Of a DNA stretch of 44,124 bases, positions 10,832 to 22,810 are shown in pieces. A model generated the notes under the pieces. It was not told the DNA's origin and ran no database searches. It saw only the letters and a list, made by a program, of their open reading frames with translations. Source of the stretch: Thermodesulfobacteriota bacterium (GTDB lineage: Bacteria; Desulfobacterota_D; UBA1144; Nemesobacterales; N074bin48); NCBI GenBank assembly GCA_041572575.1, contig JBFFSH010000015.1, positions 1 through 44,124 on the forward strand, in the 5' to 3' direction. How positions within the stretch are numbered: the first letter of the stretch is position 1; each line of letters begins with the position of its first letter. A program made the translations under genes and the position numbers.

Positions 10832-11587
10832 CTATTTATCTTCTGATTTTCCTTTTCCCATAAATGCACTAATAATATCAATTGGTAAAGGAAATATTAT
10901 TATTGAACTTTTTTCTGAAGCAAGTTCGTTCATTTGCTGTAAATATCTTAGTTGTAAAGACATAGGGTTTTTAGCAAGAATATCTGAAGCATCTGCAAGT
11001 TTTGTAGAGGCCTGGTACTCACCTTCGGCATTAATTACTTTTGCCCTTCTATCCCTTTCAGCTTCAGCCTGTTTAGCCATTGCGCGCTGCATTTCCTGAG
11101 GAAGGTCTACATATTTAACTTCTACAAGAGTAACCTTTATACCCCATGGATCAGTTTGTTTATCGAGCACTTCCTGAAGCTGTACGTTTAACTTTTCTCT
11201 TTCTGAAAGCAGTTCATCAAGCTCGACCATACCAAGGATACTCCTAAGCGTAGTCTGGGCTAGCTGTGAAGTTGCATAGAGGTAGTTTTCCACCTGTATG
11301 GTAGCTTTGATGGGGTCTATAACCCTAAAATAAACAACTGCGTTTACCTTTACAGATACGTTATCCTTTGTAATAACATCCTGAGGGGGTACATCCATTG
11401 TAATTACCCTAAGACCAATCTTATGAAATTTATCAACTAAAGGTATAACCCATCTGATTCCAGGCCCCTTTGGATCAATAATTCTACCAAGCCTGAAAAT
11501 CACACCCCTCTCATACTCATTAATTACTTTTATTCCGGATAGTATAAATAAAACTATAATTCCAATAAATATCACAAGTGGTGACAT
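10832..11587 (-). CDS. SPFH/stomatin-like (slipin) protein
   Basis: [33 protein letters not shown]; paired with nfeD. Confidence 0.93.
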   Translation of the reverse strand: MSPLVIFIGIIVLFILSGIKVINEYERGVIFRLGRIIDPKGPGIRWVIPLVDKFHKIGLRVITMDVPPQDVITKDNVSVKVNAVVYFRVIDPIKATIQVENYLYATSQLAQTTLRSILGMVELDELLSEREKLNVQLQEVLDKQTDPWGIKVTLVEVKYVDLPQEMQRAMAKQAEAERDRRAKVINAEGEYQASTKLADASDILAKNPMSLQLRYLQQMNELASEKSSIIIFPLPIDIISAFMGKGKSEDK

Positions 11588-11600
11588 AATAAATTCCCCC

Positions 11601-12974
11601 TTACACTTTTTTAACTTTTAACTTCATATTACTTACTACTTCAGCAATCTCAACTTTTTCACCTTTATTTATTACTTCATCACTTACTGCATCCCAGTAT
11701 TCTCCATCTACATATATTTTACCACTCCCGTTTACTCCGTTTATAGTATTGATTACTTCTCCAATATCTCCTATCATCCCTTCATTGCCTGTAGAAAATT
11801 TCAGACTTCTTGCCTTTATAAGAGAATAAACAACAAAGAAGAAAAATAGTCCGATAGCAAGCGCTGCGGAAATAAGCACATCCAAACCAACACGTACGTC
11901 CGATTCCGGTGTATCAAATAAAAGAAGACCTCCCAGTATAAAACTTATTACCCCCCCAGTAGTTAGCAGCCCAAAACTAGGAACATACATTTCGGCTACA
12001 AACAACCCTACTGCAATTAGTAGCAGTACAACCCCCCCATAATTAAATGGTATTATCTGGAAAGATACGAAACCAAGCATGAGACATATGGCTCCTGCAA
12101 CTCCCGGAAATATCAGTCCAGGGTTATAAAATTCAAGAAGCAATCCAAGTGAGCCAAGAGATATTAAAAGAAGTGCAATATCAGGGGTGCTAAGTACATC
12201 TACCAGTTTTTGTTTGGCGCTCATTTCAAAAGTTTGTATAGATGCATCCTTAGTAGCTAAAATCACTTCTGTTTCGTTTACTTTTACTTTTCTACCATCG
12301 ATTTTCGATAGCAGATCATTTAGTGATGGAGAGATCAGGTCTATTACATTTTTTTCTAATGCCTCTGTAGATGTGATCGATGCACTGTTTCTTACAGCTT
12401 CAATTGCCCACTCTACATTTCTGCCTCTCTTTTCTGCAATACTTTCAATAAATGATGCAGCATAATTCTCTATTTTTTCTTCCATTATGTCTTTTTTCTT
12501 TTCTGCATCTTCATCACTATCTTCATCCCTTTGCTTTTTCTTTTCTTTTCCACCCTGTCCTATACTCACAGGATGGGCAGCTCCAATACTTGTACCTTCA
12601 TTCATTGCCGCCACATGAGCCGAAAGAGTGATGAAAACTCCAGCAGATGTAGCTGAAGAACCGCTTGGATGTATATATACTACAACAGGAACTTCGGCAT
12701 TTAGGATCATCTTTACTATATCTTTTGTAGAATTGAGAAGCCCTCCCGGAGTATCCATTTCTATTACAAGAGCATTAGCGTTAGTCTCTACGGCCTTTTG
12801 CAGCCCAACTCTTATATAATCGGAACTAGCGGGATTGATCATTCCATTGATTTTGATAAGTACTATTTTATTCTTTGTTTCAGAATAAGCGATAAGTCCA
12901 TTTATGGATATATATAGAAACGGTACTATAATGAGAATTAAATATAATATAGCTTTCTTTGACAGTCTGTTCAC
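11601..12974 (-). CDS. nfeD: long NfeD membrane serine protease (ClpP-class)
   Basis: DTPGG, ATSAG, IGAAHP, TM region, C-terminal OB domain (GEYWDA); GTG start. Confidence 0.92.
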   Translation of the reverse strand: MNRLSKKAILYLILIIVPFLYISINGLIAYSETKNKIVLIKINGMINPASSDYIRVGLQKAVETNANALVIEMDTPGGLLNSTKDIVKMILNAEVPVVVYIHPSGSSATSAGVFITLSAHVAAMNEGTSIGAAHPVSIGQGGKEKKKQRDEDSDEDAEKKKDIMEEKIENYAASFIESIAEKRGRNVEWAIEAVRNSASITSTEALEKNVIDLISPSLNDLLSKIDGRKVKVNETEVILATKDASIQTFEMSAKQKLVDVLSTPDIALLLISLGSLGLLLEFYNPGLIFPGVAGAICLMLGFVSFQIIPFNYGGVVLLLIAVGLFVAEMYVPSFGLLTTGGVISFILGGLLLFDTPESDVRVGLDVLISAALAIGLFFFFVVYSLIKARSLKFSTGNEGMIGDIGEVINTINGVNGSGKIYVDGEYWDAVSDEVINKGEKVEIAEVVSNMKLKVKKV

Positions 12975-13075
12975 TAAAATATTTTAGCTTTTATAAATCA
13001 AACTGCAAGTAAATGACATAGAGTATTTAATTCTTATCGACTTGTCTTTTTAGTTACTCTTATTATAATTCCGCC

Positions 13076-13714
13076 ATGGCAACTAAAGTAAAAGTAACTC
13101 AAAAAGAACTAAAAAAACCTGATAAGTTTTTAGAATTCATTGACAGATCTACAAACTATCTGGCTGAATCTTATAAATTAATTGTATATTTCGTGGGAGC
13201 TATTATCGCTCTTATATTAATATTCTTTCTTATTAACAGCTATCAAAACAAAAATACATCTAAAGCTAATATTATTTATAAAGAAGGAATTACAGCAAAA
13301 ACCTCTGGGGATTTTGATACAGCCCTTACCAAATTCGGCATTCTTCAAAAAGATTATTCAGGTCAAAAAGTATCGGATTTGTCGCTCTACTATACAGGTT
13401 CTATCTATTATAATCGCGAAGATTATGACAACTCTCTTACATATGTAAGCAAATTTTTAAATACCGGACCTAAAGACCCCAATATGATAGATGCTGCATA
13501 TTCACTTATTTCCTTATCATATTTAAATAAAGGTGAATATCAATTAGCAATAGATTTTTCAAATAGAATCAGTAATCCAGACAGCCCATATATTAATAAT
13601 GCGCAAATGACAAAAGGTCTGGCACTTGAAAAACTTGGAAAGCATGATGAAGCAACCGAGATTTATAATAAAATTCTAACAACTATGTATCCAGGCACAT
13701 TTCAGCCGCAATAG
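13076..13714 (+). CDS. membrane-anchored TPR protein (YfgM-like)
   Basis: KELKKPDKF N-terminus, single TM helix, TPR-like repeats. Confidence 0.7.
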   Translation: MATKVKVTQKELKKPDKFLEFIDRSTNYLAESYKLIVYFVGAIIALILIFFLINSYQNKNTSKANIIYKEGITAKTSGDFDTALTKFGILQKDYSGQKVSDLSLYYTGSIYYNREDYDNSLTYVSKFLNTGPKDPNMIDAAYSLISLSYLNKGEYQLAIDFSNRISNPDSPYINNAQMTKGLALEKLGKHDEATEIYNKILTTMYPGTFQPQ

Positions 13715-13784
13715 ATACAACATCTACTAGCTGTCTTGTTATTTGATTCTAAGTATAATAAGTCCAAAATACCTGGAGGAAATT

Positions 13785-14144
13785 ATGGAAATTTTTGGTG
13801 CGATTATTTTAGGTCTTTTTGCAGGAGGGGCTAGCGGTCTATTTGGTATTGGTGGTGGGCTGGTAATGATTCCGGCTCTTGTATTTTTTTTCCAGCTTAC
13901 CCAACACCAGGCCCAGGGTACATCTCTCGCCGTCCTTACTCTGCCTGTAGTCTTCCTGGGAGCTCTAAAATATTACCATGAAGGCAACGTGCAGTTAAAA
14001 CTGGCAGCTTTTATAGCCGTTAGTTTTGTGATAGGAGCTTATGGTGGATCGATACTTGTACACAAGATATCCTCACCCATGCTTAAGAAAATGTTTGGTG
14101 GTCTATTATTTGTAGTATCAATAAGAATGATACTGGGAAAATAA
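13785..14144 (+). CDS. half-size sulfite exporter TauE/SafE family protein
   Basis: SGLFGIGGG, QHQAQGTSL. Start reassigned to ATG 13785 after a GGAGG RBS. Confidence 0.85.
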   Translation: MEIFGAIILGLFAGGASGLFGIGGGLVMIPALVFFFQLTQHQAQGTSLAVLTLPVVFLGALKYYHEGNVQLKLAAFIAVSFVIGAYGGSILVHKISSPMLKKMFGGLLFVVSIRMILGK

Positions 14145-14148
14145 AGAT

Positions 14149-15078
14149 TTAATTTTCATAAAACGTGTTCAAGTCCTCTAGGATATGTTTAAAGTCTTGA
14201 GGAATCTTATACCAGTTTATTTCTTTATCTCTTCTAAGCCATGTCATCTGTCTTTTTGCAAGCCTTCTTGTATTTATAATAATCTTTTCTCTAGCATCTT
14301 CTAAAGACATAACTCCATCCAGATAATCATTTATTTCTTTATAGCCAATAGACTGCATGGGTTTTAGCGATTTATCATATCCCCTTTCTCTTAGGCTTTT
14401 AACTTCAGAAGTAAACCCACGATCCATCATATTATCGAGTCTTCTCCCAATAATCTTTTTAAGTAATTCACGCTCGATATCTATTCCTATTTTGAATACA
14501 TTATATTTCTTTTTTGAAAATCCGTGTTCTTTTTGCATGTCTGACATTTTCTGTCCAGTCAGATGATAAACCTCAAGAGCTCTTTCCATACGGACATAAT
14601 CATTTTCATTAATACTCAGTGCTGATTCGGGATCTATATCTTTTAGATTATTATAAATGTGTTCAGTTCCATATGCAGCTCTTAGTGCCTTTAGTTCATC
14701 TCTAAAGCTAGTATCAGGCTCCACTCCCTCAATTAACCCCTCGATAAGCACTCTTACATAAAGGTAAGTTCCGCCAACTATCAATATCTTTTTATTTCTA
14801 TTATGGAGAATATCTATAACCTCATTTGCTTTTTCACGGTATATTCCGGCATTAAATTGTTCATCAGGCTTTATAATACTGATTAAATGATGAGGAACTG
14901 AATCTAGTATTTTTAAATCAGGCTTGGCTGTACCTATATCGAGGTACTTATAAATCTGGAGGGAATCCGCGTTTATAATTTCAAAATTAAAATGCTTTGA
15001 GAGTTCACATGCAAGATCTGATTTACCACTTGAAGTTGGTCCTAAAATAACAACTATTTTTGGTAAATCTCTAGTCAA
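14149..15078 (-). CDS. miaA: tRNA dimethylallyltransferase
   Basis: GPTSSGKS, DSLQIY, GTAKP, GGTYLY, IGYKE, AKRQMTW. Confidence 0.96.
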   Translation of the reverse strand: MTRDLPKIVVILGPTSSGKSDLACELSKHFNFEIINADSLQIYKYLDIGTAKPDLKILDSVPHHLISIIKPDEQFNAGIYREKANEVIDILHNRNKKILIVGGTYLYVRVLIEGLIEGVEPDTSFRDELKALRAAYGTEHIYNNLKDIDPESALSINENDYVRMERALEVYHLTGQKMSDMQKEHGFSKKKYNVFKIGIDIERELLKKIIGRRLDNMMDRGFTSEVKSLRERGYDKSLKPMQSIGYKEINDYLDGVMSLEDAREKIIINTRRLAKRQMTWLRRDKEINWYKIPQDFKHILEDLNTFYEN

Positions 15079-15088
15079 TTTACAGTAA

Positions 15089-17194
15089 TTATCTGTAATC
15101 TTCTATATTTTCTTCAAGAGCAGCTTTTCTGCTTAACCTTATTTTGCCGTCTCTGCCCTTTTCAATACATTTAACAAGTACTTCATCACCCTCGTTTATA
15201 ATGTCTGTAACCTCTTTTACTCTCTCAGGTGCAAGCTCCGATATATGTACTAGTCCATCCTTTCCGCTTGCAAGCTCAACAACTGCGCCAAAATCAAGTA
15301 TACGTTTTGCTATACCTATGTATAGTTGCCCAACTTCTATCTCTTCAGTCAACATTTCAATCATCTTTATTGCTTTATCAGAATCTGCCCTTACTACTGC
15401 TGCTACATTCACCGTACCATCATCCTGAATATCAATTTGAGCTCCTGATTCTTCTACTATTTTCTTTATGGTCTTACCGCCGCTTCCTATAATGTCCTTA
15501 ATCTTTGCAGGGTCGACTTTAATAGATGTTATCATAGGTGCATAATCAGATATAGATTCTCTTGGCCCCGTGATAGCTTCTTTCATTTTTCCCAATATGA
15601 ACATTCTGGCGTCTTTTGCCTGAGTAAGTGCAGTCTCTAAAATTTCTCTTGTTACACCTGTAATTTTAATATCCATCTGTAGCGCAGTGATACCTTTTTC
15701 TGTACCGGCTACTTTAAAGTCCATATCCCCTAGATGGTCTTCGTCACCTAGAATATCAGTTAAAATGGCAACCTTATCTTCTTCTTTTATAAGACCCATT
15801 GCAACACCTGCAACATGATCCTTTATGGGTACTCCGGCATCCATAAGTGAGAGTGAAGTACCGCAGACAGTGGCCATGGAGGATGATCCATTGGATTCCA
15901 GAATATCTGATACAATTCTTATCGTATATGGAAAATCGTCTTTATTTGGGACCATATACTTTATTGCTCTTTCTGCAAGAGCGCCGTGTCCTATTTCTCT
16001 TCTACCAGGTCCAAGTCTGTTACCAACCTCACCAACTGAAAATGGGGGGAAATTGTAGTGTAATATGAAGCTTTTTTTCGTATCTCCCTCCAGTGAATCA
16101 ATTTTTTGCTCGTCATATGAAGTACCTAGAGTAGCTATTACGGCTGCCTGTGTCTCTCCACGTGTAAAAAGAGCTGATCCATGCGTTCTTGGTAAAAACC
16201 CTGTTTCAATCGAAATGTCTCTAATATCAGTAAATGATCTGCCGTCTATTCTCTTTTTATCATCAACTACCATTTGCCTTAAAACATTCTTTTTTAATGT
16301 ATCGAATTGTTTTGTAACAAGAACATCAGTCTCTGGATATTTTTCAGTAAAATGGGCAATAGTATCATCATATACCTTATTAACATTACTGGCTCTTTGC
16401 TGTTTTTCTTTTGTGAGAATTGCTTCTTTTAGATTGTCTTTTGAAAATTCACTTATTTCATTGTGAAGTGCTGAATTATCCTCTTCTTCAGGAAGTTCTA
16501 TTTTAGCGGTATCTATATCGGAAATAAGCTTTTTTTGTGGTTCTATAAACTTTCTAATACAATCATGTGCATACATTAGTGCATCTATCATCTCTTCTTC
16601 GGATACTTCTTTTGATCCGCTTTCTACCATTACTATTGCATCTTCAGTGCCGGCTACAACAAGATCGATATCTGAATCATCTAATTGAGTTTTTGTAGGA
16701 TTGCATACGAACTGTCCATCAATTCTACCAACCCTTACTCCTGCAACAGGTCCTGCAAAAGGAATGTTTGATACCATAAGAGCTGATGAAGCTGCGGTTA
16801 TAGATAATACATCGGGGTCGTTTTGCTGATCGGTGGACATTACCGTAACGATTACCTGTGTAGGAAAAGTATATTTTTTAGGGAACAGGGGTCTTATTGG
16901 TCTATCAATAAGTCTTGAAGTAAGAATTTCTTTTTCTGTAGGTCTTCCCTCTCTTTTAAAATATCCCCCCGGGATTCTTCCGGCTGCATAGGATTTTTCC
17001 TGATAGTTTACTGTTAGTGGTAAAAAATCTTCTCCTTCAATCGCTTCCTTTCCAGCGGCTACTGTTGCCAGTACCACAGTGTCGGCGTATCTAAACAAAA
17101 CTGCTCCGTTTGCCTGCTTTGCAAGCCTTCCAGTTTCAATCTCAACTGTCCTTTCGAATAACTCCTCAGATATCGTACGATGACCAGAACTCAA
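15089..17194 (-). CDS. pnp: polyribonucleotide nucleotidyltransferase
   Basis: SRLIDRPIRP, RREIGHG, ESNGSSSMA, GDMDFKVAG, KH and S1 domains. Confidence 0.98.
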   Translation of the reverse strand: MSSGHRTISEELFERTVEIETGRLAKQANGAVLFRYADTVVLATVAAGKEAIEGEDFLPLTVNYQEKSYAAGRIPGGYFKREGRPTEKEILTSRLIDRPIRPLFPKKYTFPTQVIVTVMSTDQQNDPDVLSITAASSALMVSNIPFAGPVAGVRVGRIDGQFVCNPTKTQLDDSDIDLVVAGTEDAIVMVESGSKEVSEEEMIDALMYAHDCIRKFIEPQKKLISDIDTAKIELPEEEDNSALHNEISEFSKDNLKEAILTKEKQQRASNVNKVYDDTIAHFTEKYPETDVLVTKQFDTLKKNVLRQMVVDDKKRIDGRSFTDIRDISIETGFLPRTHGSALFTRGETQAAVIATLGTSYDEQKIDSLEGDTKKSFILHYNFPPFSVGEVGNRLGPGRREIGHGALAERAIKYMVPNKDDFPYTIRIVSDILESNGSSSMATVCGTSLSLMDAGVPIKDHVAGVAMGLIKEEDKVAILTDILGDEDHLGDMDFKVAGTEKGITALQMDIKITGVTREILETALTQAKDARMFILGKMKEAITGPRESISDYAPMITSIKVDPAKIKDIIGSGGKTIKKIVEESGAQIDIQDDGTVNVAAVVRADSDKAIKMIEMLTEEIEVGQLYIGIAKRILDFGAVVELASGKDGLVHISELAPERVKEVTDIINEGDEVLVKCIEKGRDGKIRLSRKAALEENIEDYR

Positions 17195-17214
17195 ATTAGT
17201 AATTCCTCCGTGTT

Positions 17215-17484
17215 TTATTTTCTCAGCTCAAGTTTTTCAACTAATTGAATGTAGCGACTGCTGTCTTTCATATTTAAATACCTAAGAAGCTTCCTTCTCT
17301 TGTTTATCATATCAATTAGTCCCTTTCTTGAGTGTACATCCTTCTTGGATTTTTGAAGGTGTCTTGCAAGATTTTTAATTCTCTTTGTAAGTATTGCGAT
17401 TCTTACTTCAGGAGAACCAACATCTGTAGAGTGAAGTGCAAAGTTTTTTATAACTTCACTTTTTTCCATTACTGTTACGTCCAT
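17215..17484 (-). CDS. rpsO: 30S ribosomal protein S15
   Basis: [20 protein letters not shown]; upstream of pnp. Confidence 0.95.
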   Translation of the reverse strand: MDVTVMEKSEVIKNFALHSTDVGSPEVRIAILTKRIKNLARHLQKSKKDVHSRKGLIDMINKRRKLLRYLNMKDSSRYIQLVEKLELRK

Positions 17485-17507
17485 CTAAATCCCTCCAAAT
17501 ATTTTAT

Positions 17508-18419
17508 CTAATTAAACACTCTTAATATTTTAATAATTTCTTCAGAATCATCCATCATAACCAAATCCTCAAGTGATACAAGTGATTTAGCTATACAAAT
17601 TAAATTATTTTCATATAAAACCTTTATTACCTCATCTCGGTTTATCTCGGTAATACTTGAGCTGTTTAAATCGCCCTTTCTTAAAGTTATACCACTTTTA
17701 ATCTTAAAAGTGTTGTCTTTACTGATAAATAAAGACTTAATATCGGATATAGCTTCGCTCATCGTTATTAAATTGTATTCACCGTTTTGAACATCATCGA
17801 GTGAATAAGAACTATTAATACAAAAAACCCCGGATTTTACCCTTTTTAATTCAACCAAATGCGCAAACACTTTTAAGTCGGCGCCAATATCATCTGCAAG
17901 TGATCTTATATACGTACCCTTCGAACACTTTACAGAAATCTTTATAAACGGATTATAATAATCTAAAATTTCAATTTTTTCTATATGTATTTTTCTTTTT
18001 GGCTTTTTTACATTAATTTTTTTTCTTGCATATTTATAAAGCCTTCTACCTTCTATCTTTACTGCTGAGAAATCTGGTGGTACCTGCTCGGTATCTCCGA
18101 TATAACAATTTATTACTCTTTGTATTTCAGATATAGGAACATCTATTTTTGCTACACTTTGAGTAACTTCTCCTGTTAAATCAAGTGTGTCTGTCCTCTG
18201 CCCTAGTTTAAGTACTGCTTCATATTCTTTTATATTCTCATTGAGATAGGGTATTAGCTTTGTTGCTTCGTTTAAACAAACCGTGAGCACACCTGTTGCA
18301 AAAGGATCAAGAGTTCCTGTGTGCCCTGCTTTATTAGCTCCAATAACCTTTTTGGCTTTATCAAGAGCTTTTGCCGATGTGATACCAGATGGTTTGTCCA
18401 GTATTAAAATCCCATTCAC
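17508..18419 (-). CDS. truB: tRNA pseudouridine(55) synthase
   Basis: GHTGTLDPFATGVL, CSKGTYIRSL. Confidence 0.96.
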   Translation of the reverse strand: MNGILILDKPSGITSAKALDKAKKVIGANKAGHTGTLDPFATGVLTVCLNEATKLIPYLNENIKEYEAVLKLGQRTDTLDLTGEVTQSVAKIDVPISEIQRVINCYIGDTEQVPPDFSAVKIEGRRLYKYARKKINVKKPKRKIHIEKIEILDYYNPFIKISVKCSKGTYIRSLADDIGADLKVFAHLVELKRVKSGVFCINSSYSLDDVQNGEYNLITMSEAISDIKSLFISKDNTFKIKSGITLRKGDLNSSSITEINRDEVIKVLYENNLICIAKSLVSLEDLVMMDDSEEIIKILRVFN

Positions 18420-19402
18420 TTAAATACCTTTTCAATTTCTGTTAACAAAATATTTCTAACTTCAGCCAGTTCTCCCTTAATACTGCAGCCTGCGGCAGAT
18501 TCATGACCTCCTCCACCAAACCTTTGGGCTATTTCAGCTACATTAATCCCATCCTTAGCTCTTAAACTTATTTTCCAGTTTTCGTCCTTTGTTTCATCTT
18601 CCTCTTGTCTGTAAAGTACGGCAAGCTCTACTCCTTTAACAGACCTCGGATAGTTTATAAGACCTTCGGTGTGCTGTTTTGTTGTCGATGTTTCATTAAA
18701 CATTTCTCTTGTAATAAACACAGTTGCTAACTTGCCACCATGACTAAGCTGCAGAGTATTTAATACCAAACCCAGAAGTTTTATTTTATTTAGAGGTTCA
18801 TTCTCAAAGATATTTTTTGAAATTTCATAAGGCTTCACACCAAATTCTAATAATTCAGCTGCAACTTTAAAGGTTTCTGCCGTGGTATTGGAATAAGCAA
18901 AAGAACCTGTATCACCAACAATTGTCGAATATATGTTATCAGCTATATCTTTTGTGATCTTAACATCCAGTTCTTTTAATAGTTTATAAATTAAAAATCC
19001 AGTTGATGGAGAATGCTGATCCAAAATACAATTTTCTGATTTAGTTTTTTTTGTAAAATGGTGATCAATTGTAATATCAAGTACAGAGAGATTGGAAATA
19101 AATTTATCAAACTTTTTCCCTACTCTCATCGAATCTGTACAATCAACAATAATCACAGTATCTAGTTCAAATGGAATATTATCCAGATTATTATTTATCT
19201 TTTTAGATTTAGGCAGATACTTTAGTGCTTGAGTCACTCCGGTTTCATTATATAAATAAACATTTTTACCAAGCTGCTCCAGCGCTATACCCAGTGAAAG
19301 TGTAGAACCAATTGCATCTTCATCGGGATTTTCATGTGATGCTATTAAAAAATTACTATTACTGTTAATTAATTCTGCAACACTCTTAAATTCATTCACC
19401 AA
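18416..19402 (-). CDS. nrnA: DHH/DHHA1 oligoribonuclease / pAp phosphatase
   Basis: HENPDEDAIGS, IDHH, DTGSF, FGGGGH. Confidence 0.9.
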   Translation of the reverse strand: MVNEFKSVAELINSNSNFLIASHENPDEDAIGSTLSLGIALEQLGKNVYLYNETGVTQALKYLPKSKKINNNLDNIPFELDTVIIVDCTDSMRVGKKFDKFISNLSVLDITIDHHFTKKTKSENCILDQHSPSTGFLIYKLLKELDVKITKDIADNIYSTIVGDTGSFAYSNTTAETFKVAAELLEFGVKPYEISKNIFENEPLNKIKLLGLVLNTLQLSHGGKLATVFITREMFNETSTTKQHTEGLINYPRSVKGVELAVLYRQEEDETKDENWKISLRAKDGINVAEIAQRFGGGGHESAAGCSIKGELAEVRNILLTEIEKVFK

Positions 19403-19745
19403 GAGATTCCTTTATTAATTCATCCACTTTATATCCCGTTTCAAATGATCTATCATATTCAAATCTGAATTCAGGGAATTTTTTAAGTCTTAAATTCTTA
19501 GATAATTTTGATTTTATAAAACCTTTTGCGCTATTAAATCCTTTTATAATGTCTTGCTCCTTATGTTCTTTTGTCATACTCATAAAATACACTGTGATAA
19601 GCCCAAGATCATCTGTCATTTTTACTCCCGTAATAACACAGTCTGCTACTCTTGGATCTTTTATATCTCCTGAAAGGATCAATTTGGCTAGTTGTTCTTT
19701 TATAAGTACACCAACTCTTGCATTTCTTTTTATACCAAATCCCAA
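19392..19745 (-). CDS. rbfA: ribosome-binding factor A
   Basis: IKDPRV, LRLKKFPEFRFEYD; infB-truB context. Confidence 0.9.
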   Translation of the reverse strand: MGFGIKRNARVGVLIKEQLAKLILSGDIKDPRVADCVITGVKMTDDLGLITVYFMSMTKEHKEQDIIKGFNSAKGFIKSKLSKNLRLKKFPEFRFEYDRSFETGYKVDELIKESLGE

Positions 19746-19767
19746 CGTCTGTACTCCGTATGATATT

Positions 19768-20058
19768 TCACAGATGAATTATCTCGATTTTATTATTAAA
19801 TATCCTGCACATGGTAATAGTTTGAATATAGTTTAAGACCTGATCGAGAATTGAATTTGCAAAAGGGCCTTCATTGGTGATTACACAAACGCCAAGTACT
19901 GCTTTTTGCCACAGATCGTTTGAGTCTACTTCTGAAATAGAAACATTCTTGAACTTATTTCTTACCTTCTCTGTTATGCTCTTAACTACCTTTCGTTTAT
20001 CTTTAAGAGATCTGCTTTCATCAATCAAAAGCTCTATCTTGAGAACTCCTACTACCAT
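19768..20058 (-). CDS. DUF503 (YlxP-like) protein
   Basis: SLKDKRKVVKS, VSISEV...DLWQ; lies between infB and rbfA. Confidence 0.9.
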   Translation of the reverse strand: MVVGVLKIELLIDESRSLKDKRKVVKSITEKVRNKFKNVSISEVDSNDLWQKAVLGVCVITNEGPFANSILDQVLNYIQTITMCRIFNNKIEIIHL

Positions 20059-20065
20059 TTATAAT

Positions 20066-22705
20066 TTATAGTTTTTGCTTTTCTTCTTCTATTATATAGT
20101 TTTCCAATATATCTCCAACTTTTATATCGTTGAAGTTGCGAATACTTATACCGCATTCATATCCGTTCTGTACTTCTTTGACATCATCTTTAAATCTTCT
20201 GAGTGATTCGAGTTGTCCATCATAAATAACAATTCCATCCCTTATTAGACGCACATTTGAATTTCTTGAAAATTTACCATCAGTAACATAACAACCCGCA
20301 ATAGTTCCAATTTTTGAAACATGAAAAGTATCTCTTACTTCTGCATGACCCGTAATGTTTTCTTTTTTAATTGGCTCCAGCAGTCCTTCCATAGCATTCT
20401 TGATCCTGTCTATAGCATCATAAATAATGCTGTGGAGCTCTAATGACACACCTTGCTTTTCAGCTAGCTGAATTGCCTTGGGATCAGGTCTTACATTAAA
20501 TCCCAGGATAATTGCATTTGAAGCTCCTGCTAAAACTATATCGGATTCATTAATAGCACCTACAGCTGAGTGAACAACTTTTACACTGCACTTTTCACTA
20601 CTTAATTTCTCTATAGAATCTATAAGCGCCCCTACTGAACCCTGAGTGTCCGCTTTTATAATTAGGGCTAGTTCTTTTGTTTCTCCCTGTTCAAGATTTT
20701 CAAACAAATTATCGAGCGAAATTTTTCTGTCCGGACCTGCAATTTTACCTTGAACTTTACTCTCTCTATGTGAGACTATTTCCTTAAGAGCTTTATCATC
20801 ATGTACTACATAAAATGGTACTCCTGCTGTTGGAACCGAGGAAAACCCCATAATTTCAGCCGGAGTTGAAGGACCTGCTTCTTTCATGTTCTTACCACTG
20901 TCATCAATAAGCGCCCTTACTTTCCCCGAGTCTGTTCCGGATATTATGTTGTCACCAATTTTGAGTGTACCTTCTTTGACTATTACAGTAGCTAATGGTC
21001 CCCTGCCCTTATCAAGTTTTGATTCTACTACTATACCATTTGCCCTTTTATCAGGATTCGCTTTTAGCTCCAATACATCAGCCTGAAGCAATATCAATTC
21101 CAACAGTTCATCAATTCCTTTCCCTGTTTTAGCGGAGACTTCTGTAAAAAGTGCATCACCGCCCCAGTCTTCTGGGACAAGTCCTATCTCTGAGAGCTCA
21201 CGTTTTACTCTATCAGGTTCTGCTTCTGGTTTATCTATTTTATTAACTGCTACAATTATAGGTACTTCGGCAGCCTTTGCATGATTAACTGCTTCTACCG
21301 TCTGGGGCATTACTCCATCATCTGCTGCTACTACAAGTATGACCACATCAGTAACCTCTGCCCCTCTGGCTCTCATCGCAGTAAAAGCTTCGTGTCCTGG
21401 AGTATCAATAAATGTAACTTTTTTATCCTGTACCGGAACACTGTATGCACCTATATGCTGTGTAATGCCTCCTGCTTCTCCTTCAACAACTTTGGTTTTA
21501 CGAATAGTGTCCAGAAGTGTTGTCTTACCATGGTCTACATGGCCCATAACAGTTACTACAGGGTATCTTGAAACCAAATTTTCCTGTTCATCCTTACTTT
21601 GCTCTACAAGATGATCATCTTCTTCAAAAATATCCAGCACAATTTCATAATCGTATTCCTGAGCCAGTATGCTGGCAGTTTCGTGATCTATAGACTGATT
21701 AATTGATGACGTCACACCTAAAGAAAGAAGTTTCCTGAGTACAGAACCCACCTTAACTCCCATCTTTTTAGCAAGTTCGGCAACGTTAATAGATTCCTGT
21801 ATTTTAATTACTTTAGTTGCTGGTTTGGCAGGTTCAGCTATAACCTGGACATTCGATTGTGGCTCAGCTATAGTGGCAGATGTGGATTGGGAAGCAGTAA
21901 CATGTCTGTCATGCCCCTTATTGAATTTTGCTGAATGATGAAACTTAGCTTTAGGCCTTCTGTTTTCTACTAAGTATTCTTTTTTTCTTACAGGCAGTTT
22001 TGTTCTAAAAGCTTTTCTCAATTCCTCCAGGCTGTCTTCATCTATAATCTCTTCTTTTCTTGGCTTAACAACTTTACCTTTCTTTTTAACCTTCTTTGTT
22101 TCTTTTTGAGCCTCGCCTTCTGTAGGTATGTCAGTTGATTCAGATTGCTCAATCTCTTTAGATTTAATATTTTCTTTAACATCTTTTGCTTCTGTTTGTT
22201 GAGTAACTGCTTGCAGACTATCCTGCGCATCAGGGGAGCTTGGCTCTTGCTCAGTCTTTGTTTTATCTATATCTATACTTATTTCTTGTAGTTCAGAACC
22301 AGCCTCTATTATCTGTTCTTGTTCTGTCAGAGTAGAATCAGGTATTTCAGCTGCAGTTTCTGATACTTCATCTACAGGCTCAACCACCTCGGGTTCTACT
22401 TCTTCTTCGACTTTTTTCTTTCTTCTAAGAATAACCCTGGTGCCTTTTCTTCTCTCTACAACTTCCTGTCCTGAGTCTGATTTAAATACTTTAACTTTTT
22501 CCTTAGAAACTGGTTGCTCCTTGTTATTATCAACTTTAGATGTATCTGTGCCCTTAGACTTTGTTAGTACCTGTCTTATTTTAATAACTTCATCATCCCT
22601 TATAGAACTTGCGTGACTCTTAAGACTTATACCAAGAGATTTTGCAGCTTCTATAAGCTCTTTGTTTACTACTCCTAGTTCTTTAGATAATTCGTAGACT
22701 CTCAT
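20066..22705 (-). CDS. infB: translation initiation factor IF-2
   Basis: [42 protein letters not shown]. Confidence 0.98.
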   Translation of the reverse strand: MRVYELSKELGVVNKELIEAAKSLGISLKSHASSIRDDEVIKIRQVLTKSKGTDTSKVDNNKEQPVSKEKVKVFKSDSGQEVVERRKGTRVILRRKKKVEEEVEPEVVEPVDEVSETAAEIPDSTLTEQEQIIEAGSELQEISIDIDKTKTEQEPSSPDAQDSLQAVTQQTEAKDVKENIKSKEIEQSESTDIPTEGEAQKETKKVKKKGKVVKPRKEEIIDEDSLEELRKAFRTKLPVRKKEYLVENRRPKAKFHHSAKFNKGHDRHVTASQSTSATIAEPQSNVQVIAEPAKPATKVIKIQESINVAELAKKMGVKVGSVLRKLLSLGVTSSINQSIDHETASILAQEYDYEIVLDIFEEDDHLVEQSKDEQENLVSRYPVVTVMGHVDHGKTTLLDTIRKTKVVEGEAGGITQHIGAYSVPVQDKKVTFIDTPGHEAFTAMRARGAEVTDVVILVVAADDGVMPQTVEAVNHAKAAEVPIIVAVNKIDKPEAEPDRVKRELSEIGLVPEDWGGDALFTEVSAKTGKGIDELLELILLQADVLELKANPDKRANGIVVESKLDKGRGPLATVIVKEGTLKIGDNIISGTDSGKVRALIDDSGKNMKEAGPSTPAEIMGFSSVPTAGVPFYVVHDDKALKEIVSHRESKVQGKIAGPDRKISLDNLFENLEQGETKELALIIKADTQGSVGALIDSIEKLSSEKCSVKVVHSAVGAINESDIVLAGASNAIILGFNVRPDPKAIQLAEKQGVSLELHSIIYDAIDRIKNAMEGLLEPIKKENITGHAEVRDTFHVSKIGTIAGCYVTDGKFSRNSNVRLIRDGIVIYDGQLESLRRFKDDVKEVQNGYECGISIRNFNDIKVGDILENYIIEEEKQKL

Positions 22706-22810
22706 ATGTTATATTTATAGTACTTTTCTTAAAAAAAATACTTTAGTAAATCAATAATACTACCTCATTTAGGTTTATAAGCAAAAGTGATATGCGAGTA
22801 ATCCTACAAC

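Noticed and set aside
21850..22450. Low-complexity Glu/Lys-rich stretch in infB as an insertion or intein
   Set aside because: It falls in the normally variable N-terminal region of IF-2 and has no intein motifs.
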